64,000 nucleotides of DNA from Eledone cirrhosa (GCA_964016885.1 OZ024740.1:35402001-35466000), one strand, 5' to 3'. Positions 13,801 through 32,130 are shown, numbered from the stretch's first letter. Notes: generated by a model from the letters alone, not told the origin. Made by a program: numbers and translations.

Positions 13801-14335
13801 TGTCTCATGGTCGGGTCGTTGGCGACTAAACTGACCACCCCACTAAGGTTTCTTGGTGAGGAGGGTGACTTTGGACATCCTGCAGGACTAAAAACAAAAC
13901 CTGTCAAAGGGCAAAGGAGCTCTTAAGAGTCAATGGCCATCCAAAATCACTGGGAGAGATGACCCCTTAGCCTTTGTCAAGGCAGAATTCTAGGAGAAGG
14001 AAAACTCTGATATAATACCTGCAACCCTGATGGTATCCAATGATGTTGACTTGTTCTTCTTTTTAGTAAATATCATCTTGGTTAAGAGAGTGGGACTGGC
14101 TTTGTGCAGTGCCTTTGCTCACTATAAAAGCTTCATGGCACAGGCATTGCTTTGTATCTGGAGATCTCTCTGTACTTGTCATCACATGGTACCATGGTCC
14201 CAGCACTATGTGTCAATAATTGTCACAAGTGTAGTGTTTGTACCAGAGTTTTCAAGTCGCTGGCTGGACTAAAAAGTCACTCATTCAGCAGGATATAAAG
14301 TAGTGGCCGTACTCGAAAACGAGTTGGCAGCCACC
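13801..14335 (+). mobile_element. RTE derivative, family A copy
   Basis: Reverse complement of 7736-8295; between (ATGT)n tracts. Confidence 0.8.
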
Positions 14336-14534
14336 ATGTATGTATGTATGTATGTATGTATGTATGTATGTATGTATGTATGTATGTATGTATGTATGTA
14401 TGTATGTATGTATGTATGTATGTGTGCATGTGTGTACGCGTGTATGTGTGTACGTGTGTATGTATGTATGTATGTATGTATGTATGTATGTATGTATGTA
14501 TGTATGTATGTATGTATGTATGTATGTATGTATG

Positions 14535-14938
14535 GATGACCCCTTAGCCTTTGTCAAGGCAGAATTCTAGGAGAAGGAAAACTCTGACATAACACCTGCA
14601 ACTCTGATGGTATCCAATGATGTTGACTTGTTCTTCTTTTTGGTAAATATCATCTTGGTTAAGAGAGTGGGACTGGCTTTGTGCAGTGCCTTTGCTCACT
14701 ATAAAAACTTCACGGCACAGGCATTGCTTTATATCTGGAGATCTCTCTGCACTTGTCGTCACATGATTCCATGGGCCCAGCACTATGTGTCAATAATTGT
14801 CACAAGTGTAGTGTTTGTACCAGAGTTTTCAAGTCGCTGGCTGGACTAAAATGTCACTCGTTCAGCGCATCGGTAGGAGTTCTCCTACATGGATATAAAG
14901 TAGTGGCCGTACTCGAAAACGAGTTGGCAGCCACCACC
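14535..14938 (+). mobile_element. RTE derivative, family A copy, 5'-truncated
   Basis: Matches 13958-14335; between (ATGT)n tracts. Confidence 0.8.
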
Positions 14939-14957
14939 ATGTATGTATGTATGTATG

Positions 14958-15288
14958 TTTTCTCTTTCTCTTAATTTCGAGTACATTTTTGATTGGCCGC
15001 CCTCCTGGTAGCAAGGTTAGTATAGTCATACTTTGGTCCAAGAGGGTTGGTATATAACTTGTAGCTCCAATAATAATGGGTATGAAGCTGAAAGTGTATC
15101 TTGGATACTGGATCTGCAAACTCCTCACCAATGGTCCGTAGATGTCCCCCTTCTGTATTTTTTTTACAACGTTGACATCAAGTAGGCAGCTGAAAGCACG
15201 TTTTCAATGTGTGGTACCAATCAACAATATCAGGCCGGCTCTTCTTTAATTTGGTGACAGTTTTTATTTTCAGGTTCCACCAGTACTT
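14958..15288 (-). mobile_element. R4/Dong family 1, 3' fragment with an internal deletion
   Basis: Same 3' UTR as 5995-6058; LQIQYPRYTFSFIPIIIG. Confidence 0.85.
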
Positions 15289-15364
15289 CATTGTAAAATA
15301 ATCATTCCAGATATTTTAGCACCTAATTTACATAGAATTTGAAGTTGCTGAAAACCGTCAAAAT

Positions 15365-15446
15365 ATTTACTTCGAATATAAGTCGACTCCATTTTACCAT
15401 CGATCTTTGGGCAAATGTTCCTCCACTTATATTCGAGTATATACGG
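15365..15446. mobile_element. pogo/Tigger-like DNA transposon end
   Basis: ACTTATATTCGAGTATATACGG followed by TA, with an inverted CGAATATAAGTCG subrepeat. Confidence 0.5.
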
Positions 15447-16299
15447 TATTAGTCAGGTAACTAACCTATTTATCGGTTGGTTTAGTAACCGGATGTTTAT
15501 TTAATTGTCAAAGTTCTTTCGTCACACATTCTGTGATCTTCTCAATGACCCTTTTGGTTCTCTGTGCCTCCTCTTCGTTTTGATTTTGTCCCAGTTACTC
15601 CATCTTGCTTTTCTGTGATCTAAAGCAAAGAAATTAATGCATTATAAAACTTTCAACTTCACTTAACTGAATATTATTTCCATATACTTGTTAAACAGTA
15701 ATGCTTCATTTACAGAAATAAAAGCTATTTCTGTGAAAATTATGAATTGATAAACATTTAAAGAACAAACGTTATTATATAAATCAGAGGTGTGAATTGA
15801 AAGTTCAAAGACACATTTACCGATACAGTCCAAAATTAAGAAAGAAAGCACTTTTGTTAGTTTATATAAACTGAAATATAAATGTATACCAACAGTTACT
15901 AAAGAATACTTTACAACCGAAATACATTAGGAGTATTTAGACAATCTTAATTTCTAAAGGTTTATATAAAATACACCCTGAGATTATTTGTAAGTTAGTA
16001 GGGCAGCATCTAATGGTTTAATTGGTATTTAGAGTAATACTTAAGGTGGAAAATTAGCAGACAGAATAACCGTCAGAATTTGGTTTGGCGTTTGAATTTA
16101 ATCCTCACCGAGATCAAATTTATCTTTCATCATTCCCAGATCGACAAAATATAGTACTAGTAAAAGGGTGTGGATTGGCGGAATTATTAGAGCGTCGAAC
16201 GGTATGTCTTGGGGTTGGTATTTGTTTCGGTTCTGAGCTCTTGACTGATAGACTTAATCTTTCACAGTTAAACCCCTCCATGTGGGTCTTGGATGTTAT

Positions 16300-16570
16300 C
16301 ATCATCATTTTATGTCCTATTTCCCCTGTTTGCAAGGGTGGGACGGGTCCTATTCAGCACAGCATCTCTCCACTTTTCACGGTCCTTCGTCATCTCCGTG
16401 AGCTTCAGCAATCTGAGGTCTGCTCTCACCACCTCCACCCATGTTTTTCGTGGTCTACCTCTACCGCGTCTTCCTTCTACTGGGATTTCTTGGCACTTCT
16501 TTACCCAGCGGTCATCCTCCATGCGCATCACATGTCCATACCAGTCTTCTCTCATGCACACCACAACTTA
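16300..16570 (-). mobile_element. RTE/RTEX LINE 3' remnant
   Basis: WYGHVMRM...VKK...GRRGRGRPRKTW. Confidence 0.8.
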
Positions 16571-16879
16571 TCCCTCTTATACTCAGTTTCTTTCTCAACT
16601 CATCTATGCTTGAATTAACCCTGTTGCAAGAAATCAGACCAAGTCTTCGGTTTGAGGGTAACTTCGTTACTCTATCAGTGACGGAGGTCCTGAGACACAA
16701 TTGTCATGTGTATTGTTTCCTCCTTCCCCGACTAAACGGTAAAAAAAAGAAATGGTGGGCAAATGTTTTAGATATATATTGTTTAAATACGTCCAACAGG
16801 TTAACTGAAATAATTTTACGCAGTATATATTATTATATTCTAAATCATTATGAAAATTAAAGAAACATGATGTTTTTAG

Positions 16880-16950
16880 GTTCAAGTAAACCAGGAGAAG
16901 CAAAAGAAAATGAAACTGCGAAGAAAGGAAAACTATCGCTCAGTCAGTTG
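16880..16950 (+). CDS. ABCB1: ABCB1-like transporter, N-terminal exon (SSKPGEAKENETAKKGKLSLSQL); could instead start at ATG 16867
   Basis: TTTTTAG acceptor and GTAAGT donor in phase 0; joins to FRYS to give LSLSQL-FRYS, like the P-glycoprotein elbow helix. Confidence 0.65.
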
Positions 16951-16987
16951 GTAAGTAGTCAAAACACAATTTTTCTTGACTTTAAAC

Positions 16988-17845
16988 CAGAGGTTCTCAA
17001 ACTTTTGGGGCCACCGCTCCCCTCACAGCCACGTAATACCCCCAGCCCGTCCCAACCCTATTTCCAGACGCCTACACGCAAATTGTAAGTAATATATAAG
17101 TAAAATTGTTAATTTATATATAATAAATAATGTAATATATACTATGTATAAATAAATATTATATACTTTTTATTTTACTATATTTATAATATATACCATT
17201 TGATATTTAATATGCTATTATATCATATGTATATCATACGATAATATTATAAATAATAAATCTATAGTGTTCCCCAATCCACTGCCAAAAAAAGGAAACC
17301 TTTCTACATACGCAAATATATTCTTACTTTATAAAATAGTGCACAAATTTACAACGAATATTGGAGAAGTCAATTGTATACCACTAAAACAGCCCACCCA
17401 GATAGGTTTTTGAGGAAGGGGTTCAATGAGAAAGATATGTTTGGTGAAGTGAAAGTAGCCACTCAATCTCAGGCTGAATCGTACTACGAATAAATCTGAG
17501 ATCTCCACGTTCCGTAATTCAGAGCTTGCCCTGCTGCTTTGTAAGAAGGCGAGTGACCGCACTGAATCATCTCTCAACCAAATATGGTGTTGGAAAGGCA
17601 ATGAAGAACACTTTGACTTTCTTCCAAAGCTCCGGATAGCAGTAATGGATAGCCTTTTGAAGATGAAATTCTTGATAGCACTTGCGGAATTTGGGAATGT
17701 CATTTTGAGACGTTGTCAGCTCCTCTTCTAACGCTCCACTCTCTTCTCCAACTATGTCAATGAAAGGGTTGACAATCCATTCAGGGAATCGAAGAGCAAA
17801 CATATCATGAAACCGCCGCTCCATATCTTCGTGTAGTTCAGTTCA
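16988..17845 (-). mobile_element. hAT (Charlie/Buster-type) transposon remnant
   Basis: TIR-like CAGAGGTTCTCAAAC at 16988; ORF 17567-17824 WIVNPF...YPELW...FPTPYLVER (hAT dimerisation domain). Confidence 0.75.
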
Positions 17846-17948
17846 GCTATTTTGGGTGGACAATATTGGAATTAAAAATGTTTTGGATTGCTTCAAAATG
17901 CCTGTGGACTAATTTGTAAGACATTTCAAAGTGCGTCATATATACTTC

Positions 17949-21953
<4,005 letters not shown>

Positions 21954-22119
21954 TATATAAATACATAATCGGAGAAAGTTAATAGCGATACTCCGGCCAA
22001 ATCCCAACCCACTCAACAAACATTAGGAAATACCTGAGTATATTCCTAATTAAACGTTCTGGGTGCTAACTAATTGTATTGTGTGGAAAATTGGCTGTAT
22101 CATTTCATGTGAGATATAT

Positions 22120-22169
<50 letters not shown>

Positions 22170-22171
<2 letters not shown>

Positions 22172-23700
22172 TATTGAAGTTTGCTTGAAGCATTGTGGAA
22201 TAATAAGGTAAATTTCTTTAAGTCGTTTGGAAGCCTCGACAATGCAGATGGGTAAATCTCCGGGTAACAAGATCCGGTGGTGGAGAGAGAGAGATGTAAG
22301 TGGGTGTACGTTGAGATGGGTGGCGTGTAGAAGAATGTAGGAAAGAACGTAAAGGATAAAAGTAAAAATAATAACACGAGATAGAGTTACCTTGGGAGAG
22401 ATTTAATTGTCCCTATATATTTCGGATTCACATCCATTAACTGGGTTTTTTCCGGGGGAGGGGGAGGGAGGTTGTCTGTCGGAAAGGTGCGAAACGTGTC
22501 CTCCGTTGTTCGTTGTTCTGAGGTATTCAGCAGAGCGCGCGTGCGCGTGAAATGGGGTCGGTCAAGCAGAGGTTAGCGGCGGAAATAGTTCTTTCAATTG
22601 TGGGAGTGGGGTGGCGCTAGCTGTCAGACCATAGTATTCTCTGCTTGTTTGGTGAATGTTACTGTGTGTGTGTGCGTGTTTTGTCTCGCTTGAGTGTGTG
22701 TGTGTGTGTGCGTGTGTTGTTGCCTTGTTCCTCTGTATTGGCAATGTAGTATGTTCGTATGGTGGAATGCTACTGTGTGTGTGTGCGTGTGTTGCTGTCT
22801 CGCTTGTGTGTGTGTGCGTGTGTTGCTGCATCGTTTGCTAACTTAAACCAACCACCTCATTTCGCTTCTCTCGGATCGGTTTTTTAATTGTGGCCCTATG
22901 CGTTTGATCCAAAGTGCTTCCTTGATACGTAATGTGCCGACGTTTCTTTCTGTCGCTAGAATTGTGACAATGGGCCTTCCGTCTTTGTTTCCGCATTTGG
23001 CTATGTGTTTCCGGAAAGACGAGGCCCTGGTGTTAGTGTGCTCCTTGATCCGGATGTGCAGCGGCCGGATTGTGCTACCTATATAGTATTGGTTGCACTT
23101 GTTACATTCTATCTTATACACGACGTATATGCGTAGGCAACAGTTCGCATGGCGCATGGGGCAGTCTCTGAGGGAGCACGCGTCAGTTGATTGCCCGGGT
23201 TTCCTGGAGAGGCATTTTCGCAGGGAGGGGCCCGAGTGAGCCAGGTGGATGTCGAGGGGCCCTCCCTCCGTATAGCCTTGCGGATAGCGTTGGTGGTATT
23301 CTCGCCCAGGTGTGGCATTTTAAGGAAGCACTTGCCTTGCGTGCCTCTCTGTCTCTTGTGTCTGGTGTCTCCTACTCTGTCTGTGAGCGAGGTAGGGTAC
23401 CCGTTCGTCTCCAGCACCTCGAGGAATCGCTTGGTATGAGTGACACCACTCGCGGGATCGCTGCATCTGTTTTTGATTCGCGCGATCTCGTTCGTGATGT
23501 ATCCTCTTTTGGCACTATTAGGGAGGGCGGACTTGTAGTGGACGAACAGGTCCCTGCAGGCTGCCTTTCGGTAGAAGTTGCAGTGGATCCCTCCCTGTTC
23601 CGTGATGTTGATTCGGAAGTCGAGGAGGGGGCAAGTGACCCGTCGTCGCTGGGGTGTTCAACACTGAAGTCAATGTTCTCATCCGTGTTTTTGAACAATA
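22170..23700 (-). mobile_element. 5'-truncated Penelope-like element (GIY-YIG endonuclease, RT thumb)
   Basis: VVYKIECNKCNQYYIGST.RPL..RIKEH; LETNGYP; decayed hammerhead-like motif at 22411-22445. Confidence 0.8.
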
Positions 23701-24869
23701 TTTATATTGTTCAATGAAAAAGAGTCTGTTGATTTATAATCAGCTGATTTTTTATATAACAGATGTCAAGCACTCGACGGTATATATTTATCGGGAGTAT
23801 AATAATAAAACAACAATAAACAAAAGATAGTTTCTTTAGATCATCTCTATTTATCTTATTATATATATTTCGAAGATGCAAGGTTTATGTATAACATAAT
23901 CCAAAACATGTTCTCGCCAGATAAAATGCATAGGAGATGCAGTTTTCTTTTGATATACTGGCGGTCAACCGAGCTGGACAGATCGGTGACAACCAAACAT
24001 ATGATTAGAAAAAAGCCCCAACATAGTGGATGTTACGTGAGTGGGAGAAGGAACAGTTGGACATAGCGTTTTTGGAATTTAAAATATGACGTAATTATAT
24101 TGGTAAAAAAAAAAATTATTTGCCGTTAGACAGTTTATATGTTACTTATATTAGCGTAAAATAGATATCATACTAAGATATACATATATATATATTATAC
24201 CAACGAAAAATATTTTAGGATGTAAGAATCATATTGAAACTAAATAATAACGAAAAAAAATTAGGATTATAGAATTCAAAGGTAAAATATCCGTGTTTAT
24301 GTATAATTTAAATTGGTGTTATGTGAATGGAAAGATATTTAACAATTGGTATGGCTTTCTTTATATAATTGATAGGGTTATAATGCTAAGAGATAAATTG
24401 AGTTATAATGCTAAGAGATAAATAAAGTTCAAAAGAAGAGATGCAATTACCGTGACCTAATTTATCTTTACAACAATTATATTTAAGTAGGTATTATACG
24501 AATAGTGGAAAATATTAACTATTTGTGTAACTATTAAGAAAGCTTTATTATAAGAAAAGGTGTAAGTATTATAGCCTAGTTTATCAATATATATTAAATT
24601 TAATTTACTTATATACTAACTTAAGATAAAGTAGATGAAAATGTTATAATGGAAAAATATATTAGTTTACTTATTTTGTCTATTCGTCTTTATTTTCTAT
24701 GTAAACAATAACATCGCTTAAAAATTAAATAAAGAAACCTTACTTATTTAATTTTAAAAAATTAAGTTTAACTAAAAACTCTATGAAACGTTTTCGAAAA
24801 TCTGTGAAGACATGAGCTAAATATTTTTGAACGTTTATTAATAATTAAATGGCTATTATAAATAATATG

Positions 24870-26200
24870 TAGAATTTCAGTGGTACAGAGGTCACACCCT
24901 TTAGATACGGAAACGTTTTTATAAGGCAAAGCATTAGAAAGTTTTTGCCAAGAAAGGAATATTCGATATTATTATTTTTAATCAATTCAGTCGTGCTAAA
25001 TCTTTTGTTTTCTCTCTTGAACGAATGGCGATGGTTATACCATCTTTCTTTAAAATTTGAAGAGGTGGCATCAATATAGTTATAGGAATTATCTTTTGCA
25101 TTTATAAACTAAATTACGATCGTTATTGTTTAACGGGCAAACATTACTTTTTTTAAAACTTACAATTACTTACGTTACTATTCAATGATGCCTCTGTGTG
25201 TCTATAAGTCGTTAGGTTTTCATCGTCTATGTTGCTGGTGTACCTGTAATCATCACTAATTGAGGTGCTGTTTATTCCATTAGTGATTCCAAGATTATCA
25301 TTATGAGTTAACTCCCTATAATTAATTCTGAGATTTCTATTATTAATTTTAGCTATATTTTGGGCAATATTTTTAGTAGTCGAGTAGAAAAGTGTGATTG
25401 TATGTTGGTTAAAAATTCTACTATATTTATGGGTTTTTTAGAAAACATTTATCAAGAACATTAAAGAAAAGATAAGCTAAGTTCTCCTTGATTCCTAATG
25501 ATAATGGTGGACACTACCACAAAACAGAAGGAGATCGAACTCTTTTATAGAACCTATTGGTTTTATAGGAGTTATATAGATTCAAAATCAGATTTGTCCC
25601 GACTACATATCTTAGGTTTTGGATATCAGCATTATTAGAATTGTTATAAACTGTATGTGTGTTAGTGTTAATATCTATTGTATGCTGATTTCTATACGGT
25701 GATGGAGTGGGAGTGGGTGGGTGTACTCATTTTTATCTATGTACTTAGCCTTGCTGTCGAAAATTTCTTTGTTAGCTGAGTCTAGAGATTCTTTGTTGAA
25801 CACTATTAACTATGGCCCTTTTAACGTTTCTATGGTAGTTTGAATAGAAGCTAACATAATTAAGGTTTTCGTTTAATTTATGGAATGGATAGTAAAGGCC
25901 AGAATAAGGTTTAAGGTTATGTCTAGGAAGTTGACAATTTTATTAGTATTTTGTATTTCGAGTTTAATACCGTAATTATTAAAAAATGGGCAATTATTTT
26001 CTTTTACTTATTAAGGGTGTTATTATTATGGTTAATTAATGCAAAAAGAGCATCATCTCGATATAAACCTCCGCCAAAGTCAGGTAATCTTCTGTAAATT
26101 AGGTTAAGGATACAAATTCCAACGAGGTCGGTAATCTGAGCCGAGTCCGTAGATTCCACGGTGATCTCAAAATTTCCGGTTTTATCAGCTCCATTAAACG
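24870..26200 (-). mobile_element. Older, AT-rich relic of the same Penelope clade as 17980-21485
   Basis: Reverse strand reads DSAQITDLVG..GGGLYRDDALF and, after frameshifts, NC...CPL, NLVYKC and FKERWYNHRHSF. Confidence 0.75.
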
Positions 26201-26267
26201 AACACCTTAATTATGTTAGCTTCTATACAAACCATTATATACATGCCTGTGTATATTTTAAATGTGA

Positions 26268-26357
<90 letters not shown>

Positions 26358-26464
26358 TCACATAATCAGTGTGTGTATATTTGTTTGAGATACACTATAT
26401 ATATATAGATACATAGACACACACAGACATACACATATATATAAACACACACATATATAGAGTA

Positions 26465-26770
26465 ATTCCGTCGGTTACGACGACGAGTGTTCCAGTTGAT
26501 ACTATCAACGGAACAGCCTACTCGTAAATTTAACGTGCAAGTGGCTGAGCATTCCACAGACACGTGTACCCTTTACGTAGTTATCAGGGAGATTCAGTAT
26601 GTCACAGTGTATGACAAGGCTGGTCCATCGAATTACAGGTACAACTCATTTTCACTAGCTGAGTGGACTGGAGCAACGTGAAATAAAGTGTCTTGCTCAA
26701 GGACACAACACTTCGCCGAGAATTTAACTCACAACCTTACTATTGTGAACCGAATACCCTAACAACGCGC
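26465..26770 (-). mobile_element. SINE-like interspersed repeat
   Basis: Shares GTCCTTGAGCAAGACACTTTATTTCACG with 33735-33990 and 34680-34785; related sequence at 32330-32530. Confidence 0.65.
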
Positions 26771-26809
26771 TTTCACACACATATAAACACACACACACAC
26801 ACACACACG

Positions 26810-26887
<78 letters not shown>

Positions 26888-26996
26888 GGTCCTACTCGTT
26901 CCTATTACCCACTCTACTACCCTAAGTATTGAGTACTTTGGTGCGTTATGGTCCACCTGGTTCCTTACCACATTTCCTTCGTTATATATATATACG

Positions 26997-27074
<78 letters not shown>

Positions 27075-27097
27075 GAAACATACAAACACGCACACAT

Positions 27098-27146
<49 letters not shown>

Positions 27147-27199
27147 TATAAACACACACACACTCATATACACAGCCAATTTACTGTGAAACCAAATAT

Positions 27200-28760
27200 T
27201 AAAACATTTTTTCCCTCCTACAGTTATTTTGTCACTCTCTCTCAAAATATTACCCCTCTCTCACTAAAACATTATACCTTTCTCACCCTCTCTACAAACC
27301 GCTACGTAAATCACTCTTTCTCATTAGACCAACATTCTCCCTCTCTCACTAAACCACCAAACTCTCTCCCTCTCTCTATATCCGGCTACATACCGCACTC
27401 TCTTACTCTCAAAATTTTCCCTCTCTCATTAAACCACAAAAATTCTCTTTCTCTCTATATGCCACTACATACCTCATTCTCTATCATTCTCCCAATTCCC
27501 GCTCTCTCAATAAACCACCAAGCTCTCTGCCTCTCTCTATATCCCACTACATTTCCCCCTCTCACACTAGATGACCAAATCCCCCCCTTTCTCTATATAC
27601 CAGTACATACCTCATTCCCTATCACTCTCATAATTCCCACTCTCTCATTAACCCAAGCTCTCTCTCCCTCAATATTTCTCACTAAATGCTTTACTCTCGA
27701 TCGCTTTCACAATTTCACATCTTTCACTATGCGTCCAAACTCTCTGCCCTCTCTATATCCCACTACACACCTCACTCTCTTTTACTCCCTTAATTCCCCT
27801 TCTCTCACTAAACAAACAAATTCTTTCCCGCTCTCTATATCCCACTATATACCTCACTCTCTCTCACAACACCCCTCTCTAATTAGACCACCAAATTCTC
27901 CCCCTCTCTCTATCCCACTACAAGCCTCACTCTCTCTCACAATTGCCCCTCTCTAATTAGACCACCAGATTTTCTCTCCCTCACTCTATACGATTACATA
28001 CCTAACTCTCTCCCAATTCCCCTTCACTCACTATACCACTACATTATCTCCCCCTCTCTATATACCATTACATACCTCCTCTCTATATTCCACTACATAC
28101 CTCACTCTCTCTCACTCCCTTAATTTACTCTCTCATTAAACCAACACACTCTCTCCCCACTCTCTATATTCAACTACATACTCACTCTCTCTCACTCTCA
28201 CAATACCTCCTCTCTCACCAGGCCAATAAGCTCTCTCCCTCTCTCTATAACTCACTACATACCATACTCTCTCACAATTCCCCCTCTCTATATTCAACTA
28301 CATACCTCACTCTCTTTCACTCTCTTAGTTCCCCCTCTCTTTCACCAAACCAACAAATTCTTTCCCGCTCTCTATCCCACTACATACCACATCACTCTCA
28401 CAATGCCCCCTCACTAGACCACAAATCAATATCCCCCTCTCTATATCCTACTACATACATCACTCTCTCTCACAATCACCCCTCTCTCACTAGACCACCA
28501 AATTCTCTCTCCTTCTCTATATACCACTATATACCTCACTCTCTCTCACTCTCTTAATTTCCCCTCTCACACTAGACCACCAAATTCTCTCCCCCTCTCT
28601 ATATTCCCCTACATACCTCACTCTCTCTCATTCTCACAATATCCCCTCTCTCAAGAGGCTAATAAACTTTCTCCCCCACTACATACTTCACACTCTCTCA
28701 CAATTCTCCCTCTCTCACTAGACAACCAAATTCTCTCTCTATATATATATCCCACTACAA
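27200..28760. repeat. Degenerate CT-rich tandem repeat
   Basis: Recurring CCACCAAATTCTC...CTCTATATCCCACTACATACCTCACTCTC. Confidence 0.8.
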
Positions 28761-28976
28761 TATTTTTTATTTTGAAACAACAAATGTTTTTATCTTCTGT
28801 AAAGAACGACAAAGTTCTCCATCCTCTCCCCCACCTTTTGAAGCCCTGGGTGTGGGGGCGATCTTTCTTTTTTTTGTGGTGTGCTGTTGTTGAATTATTT
28901 GACAGGAGTTTAAAATGTGTAGTGGTGGTGGTGGTGATGTTGTAGAGGGTGGTGATTGTGGTGTTTGTTTATTTTG

Positions 28977-29083
<107 letters not shown>

Positions 29084-29426
29084 TTATCTATGTACTACTA
29101 AAACTGTGTGATTGTGTGCTTGTCTGTAATGTAATGTAATACAGCCAAAATGGCGCATAACAGGAAAATACTTTGAAAGGAAGTTGCTCCTGAAATGGGA
29201 ATACGAATGGAATAAAACAAGTATCACGTAAATCGGAGCACGTGCTACCAAGATACGGCGTTTTTTTTCGGGTATTTTCATAAATAGAGAGAGACAGATA
29301 GAGAGAAAGAGAATGTGGTTATGAGAGGGTAGATTGAAAGAGAGAGAGAGGGAGAAGGAGACAGAGAAGGAAAATGGAAGAGAAAGAGAGTGAGCTCCTG
29401 CTAAATAGGAAGGTTTTCTAAATCTC

Positions 29427-29542
<116 letters not shown>

Positions 29543-29662
29543 AGAATATTTTCGAAACAGCGAGCGGGTTTGAAATTATTATAAATGTAAGCCATCACCG
29601 TATTTTGAATAAAAAATTAAAGAAATTATTTAGCCTGATAGTGGGGTTAAGAACCCTCGGAG

Positions 29663-29726
<64 letters not shown>

Positions 29727-29732
<6 letters not shown>

Positions 29733-30209
29733 TAAACGGAATAGAAAATGCTGATAAATTGTTCACAGTTGAAAAATGGTTTAATTAGGAATAAAAGAGT
29801 ATTAGTGATTGTATGGGTTAGTATTCAGTTGTGGTTTTAAGTTTTTAAGTTTTTACCGGTTGCGCATTTCTAAATGCTTTTCAAAAATAATTTTGAGATA
29901 GAGTGTCCGTGCTGTTTGCTCTGATCTGATTAGTTTTGGGAATTCTACCTGTTTTTATGTTAAAAAAATGGCTCCAGCGTTATTTTTGTGTTGCAAAAAT
30001 GCTTGTGGTCAAAACAATTTTGATTGGTCGGTAGAGGTCATGTGAATGTAAAAAGTTGATTTTGCGCCAAGACTGTTTTTATGTTAAAATGTTAGAAAAG
30101 TGGCTCCAGCAAAAATTATTGGTCAAAACAATTTTGATTGGTCGGTAGAGGTCATGTGGATAAAAAATTGGTTTTGCGCCAAGATTGAGAAATGACTCTT
30201 TCACAACAA

Positions 30210-30269
<60 letters not shown>

Positions 30270-30340
30270 TAGTAGTAGTAAGATGTTCGATGCTGCGACA
30301 ATAGCCACCAGCGATGTGTGTCAAATGGCTATTAAGATAA

Positions 30341-30371
<31 letters not shown>

Positions 30372-30702
30372 TACATACACACATCAGAGTCATTCGAAGG
30401 TCAAAAGATATTTTTCAGCTTTTGTCTTATACGGAGAAGTGCGTGTGTGTGTGTGTGTATAAGTATCTTTGTATGTTGATGTACGCGTGTGTATGTGTTT
30501 GTGTATATATGTGTGTGTGTGTGTGTGTGTGCGTGTGTGGGTGGACCAGTATTTTTTCCCCCCTGGTAAAATGGTGTACATTATTCGATTTTTTCAGTAA
30601 AATCGGTTCTCTTAATAGAACATCAACAATCTTAACAATAAAAGGTGTGAAATGATATTCACTATATATATATACACACACACACACACACATATATATT
30701 TT

Positions 30703-30739
<37 letters not shown>

Positions 30740-31034
30740 TACATACATATATATGCACATATATTTTTTTGTATTGCACCATAGAGCATGTGTGTTTACG
30801 TGTGTCATTGTGTTTATATGTGGGTAGAGATGTGTGCTGATGTAGGTATGTATGTTGACGTGTGTATGTTGTGGGTTCGTCTTAGGGAGAAGTGTTTAGA
30901 CGGGGTCCGTATTTGTTAATGAAGTAAGATTCCTTGCTGATGCGCTGGGTGTGGGTGGCATTATCTTAATAGCCATTTGACACACATCGCTGGTGGCTAT
31001 TGTCGCAGCATCGAACACCTTACTACTACTACTA

Positions 31035-31114
<80 letters not shown>

Positions 31115-31598
31115 TTGTTGTGAAAGAGTCATTTCTCAATCTTGGCGCAAAACCAATTTTTTATCCACATGACATCTACCGACCAATCAAAATTGTTTTG
31201 ACCAATAATTTTTGCTGGAGCCACTTTTCTAACATTTTAACATAAAAACAGTCTTGGCGCAAAATCAACTTTTTACATTCACATGACCTCTACCGACCAA
31301 TCAAAATTGTTTTGACCACAAGCATTTTTGCAACACAAAAATAACGCTGGAGCCATTTTTTTAACATAAAAACAGGTAGAATTCCCAAAACTAATCAGAT
31401 CAGAGCAAACAGCACGGACACTCTATCTCAAAATTATTTTTGAAAAGCATTTAGAAATGCGCAACCGGTAAAAACTTAAAAACTTAAAACCACAACTGAA
31501 TACTAACCCATACAATCACTAATACTCTTTTATTCCTAATTAAACCATTTTTCAACTGTGAACAATTTGTCAGCATTTTCTATTCCGTTTACCAATAT
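29727..31598. repeat. Near-perfect ~610-bp inverted repeat (arms 29727-30340 and 30961-31598) with a ~620-bp spacer
   Basis: Arms are reverse complements including the (GT)n/(AC)n tract; two substitutions noticed apart from microsatellite length. Confidence 0.95.
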
Positions 31599-31630
31599 AT
31601 AATAACTTGTGTGTTACACCTCTATTCTTT

Positions 31631-31729
<99 letters not shown>

Positions 31730-32052
31730 GAAAGTATAGAAATTATTGCGAGCATGAAGCCAACAGTATTTCATAATATATATATATAAGTGACTATAAC
31801 GTCAACATGGAAAAATAGTTAACCTAAGATGTGGGAAAATAATTCAAACTCAATTAAAAAAAATCAAGACATAAATTTATCCACAGAATTTTGTGAAATC
31901 CAGGGAAAAATCAATAGAGCCTTAACTCAGAATAAAATAAAGTTTAAATACTCATCCTTCAATTTGGAAAAAGTACAAATGCTCTGTATAGTCTTAAAAA
32001 GACTATTTCACCAAACTATACACAGACATGTATATAATGTAAAATGAAATTG

Positions 32053-32130
<78 letters not shown>

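Noticed and set aside
5912-14570. MYVC/HTYI, YIYI and CVCV ORFs here and elsewhere
   Set aside because: Translations of (CATA)n, (TA)n and (CA)n microsatellites.
15500-15619. Possible minus-strand terminal exon (good TTTCTTTGCTTTAG acceptor)
   Set aside because: Short frames with no recognisable homology and no partner exons found.
27186-27956. 256-aa ORF
   Set aside because: CT-rich degenerate repeat that is poor in stop codons.
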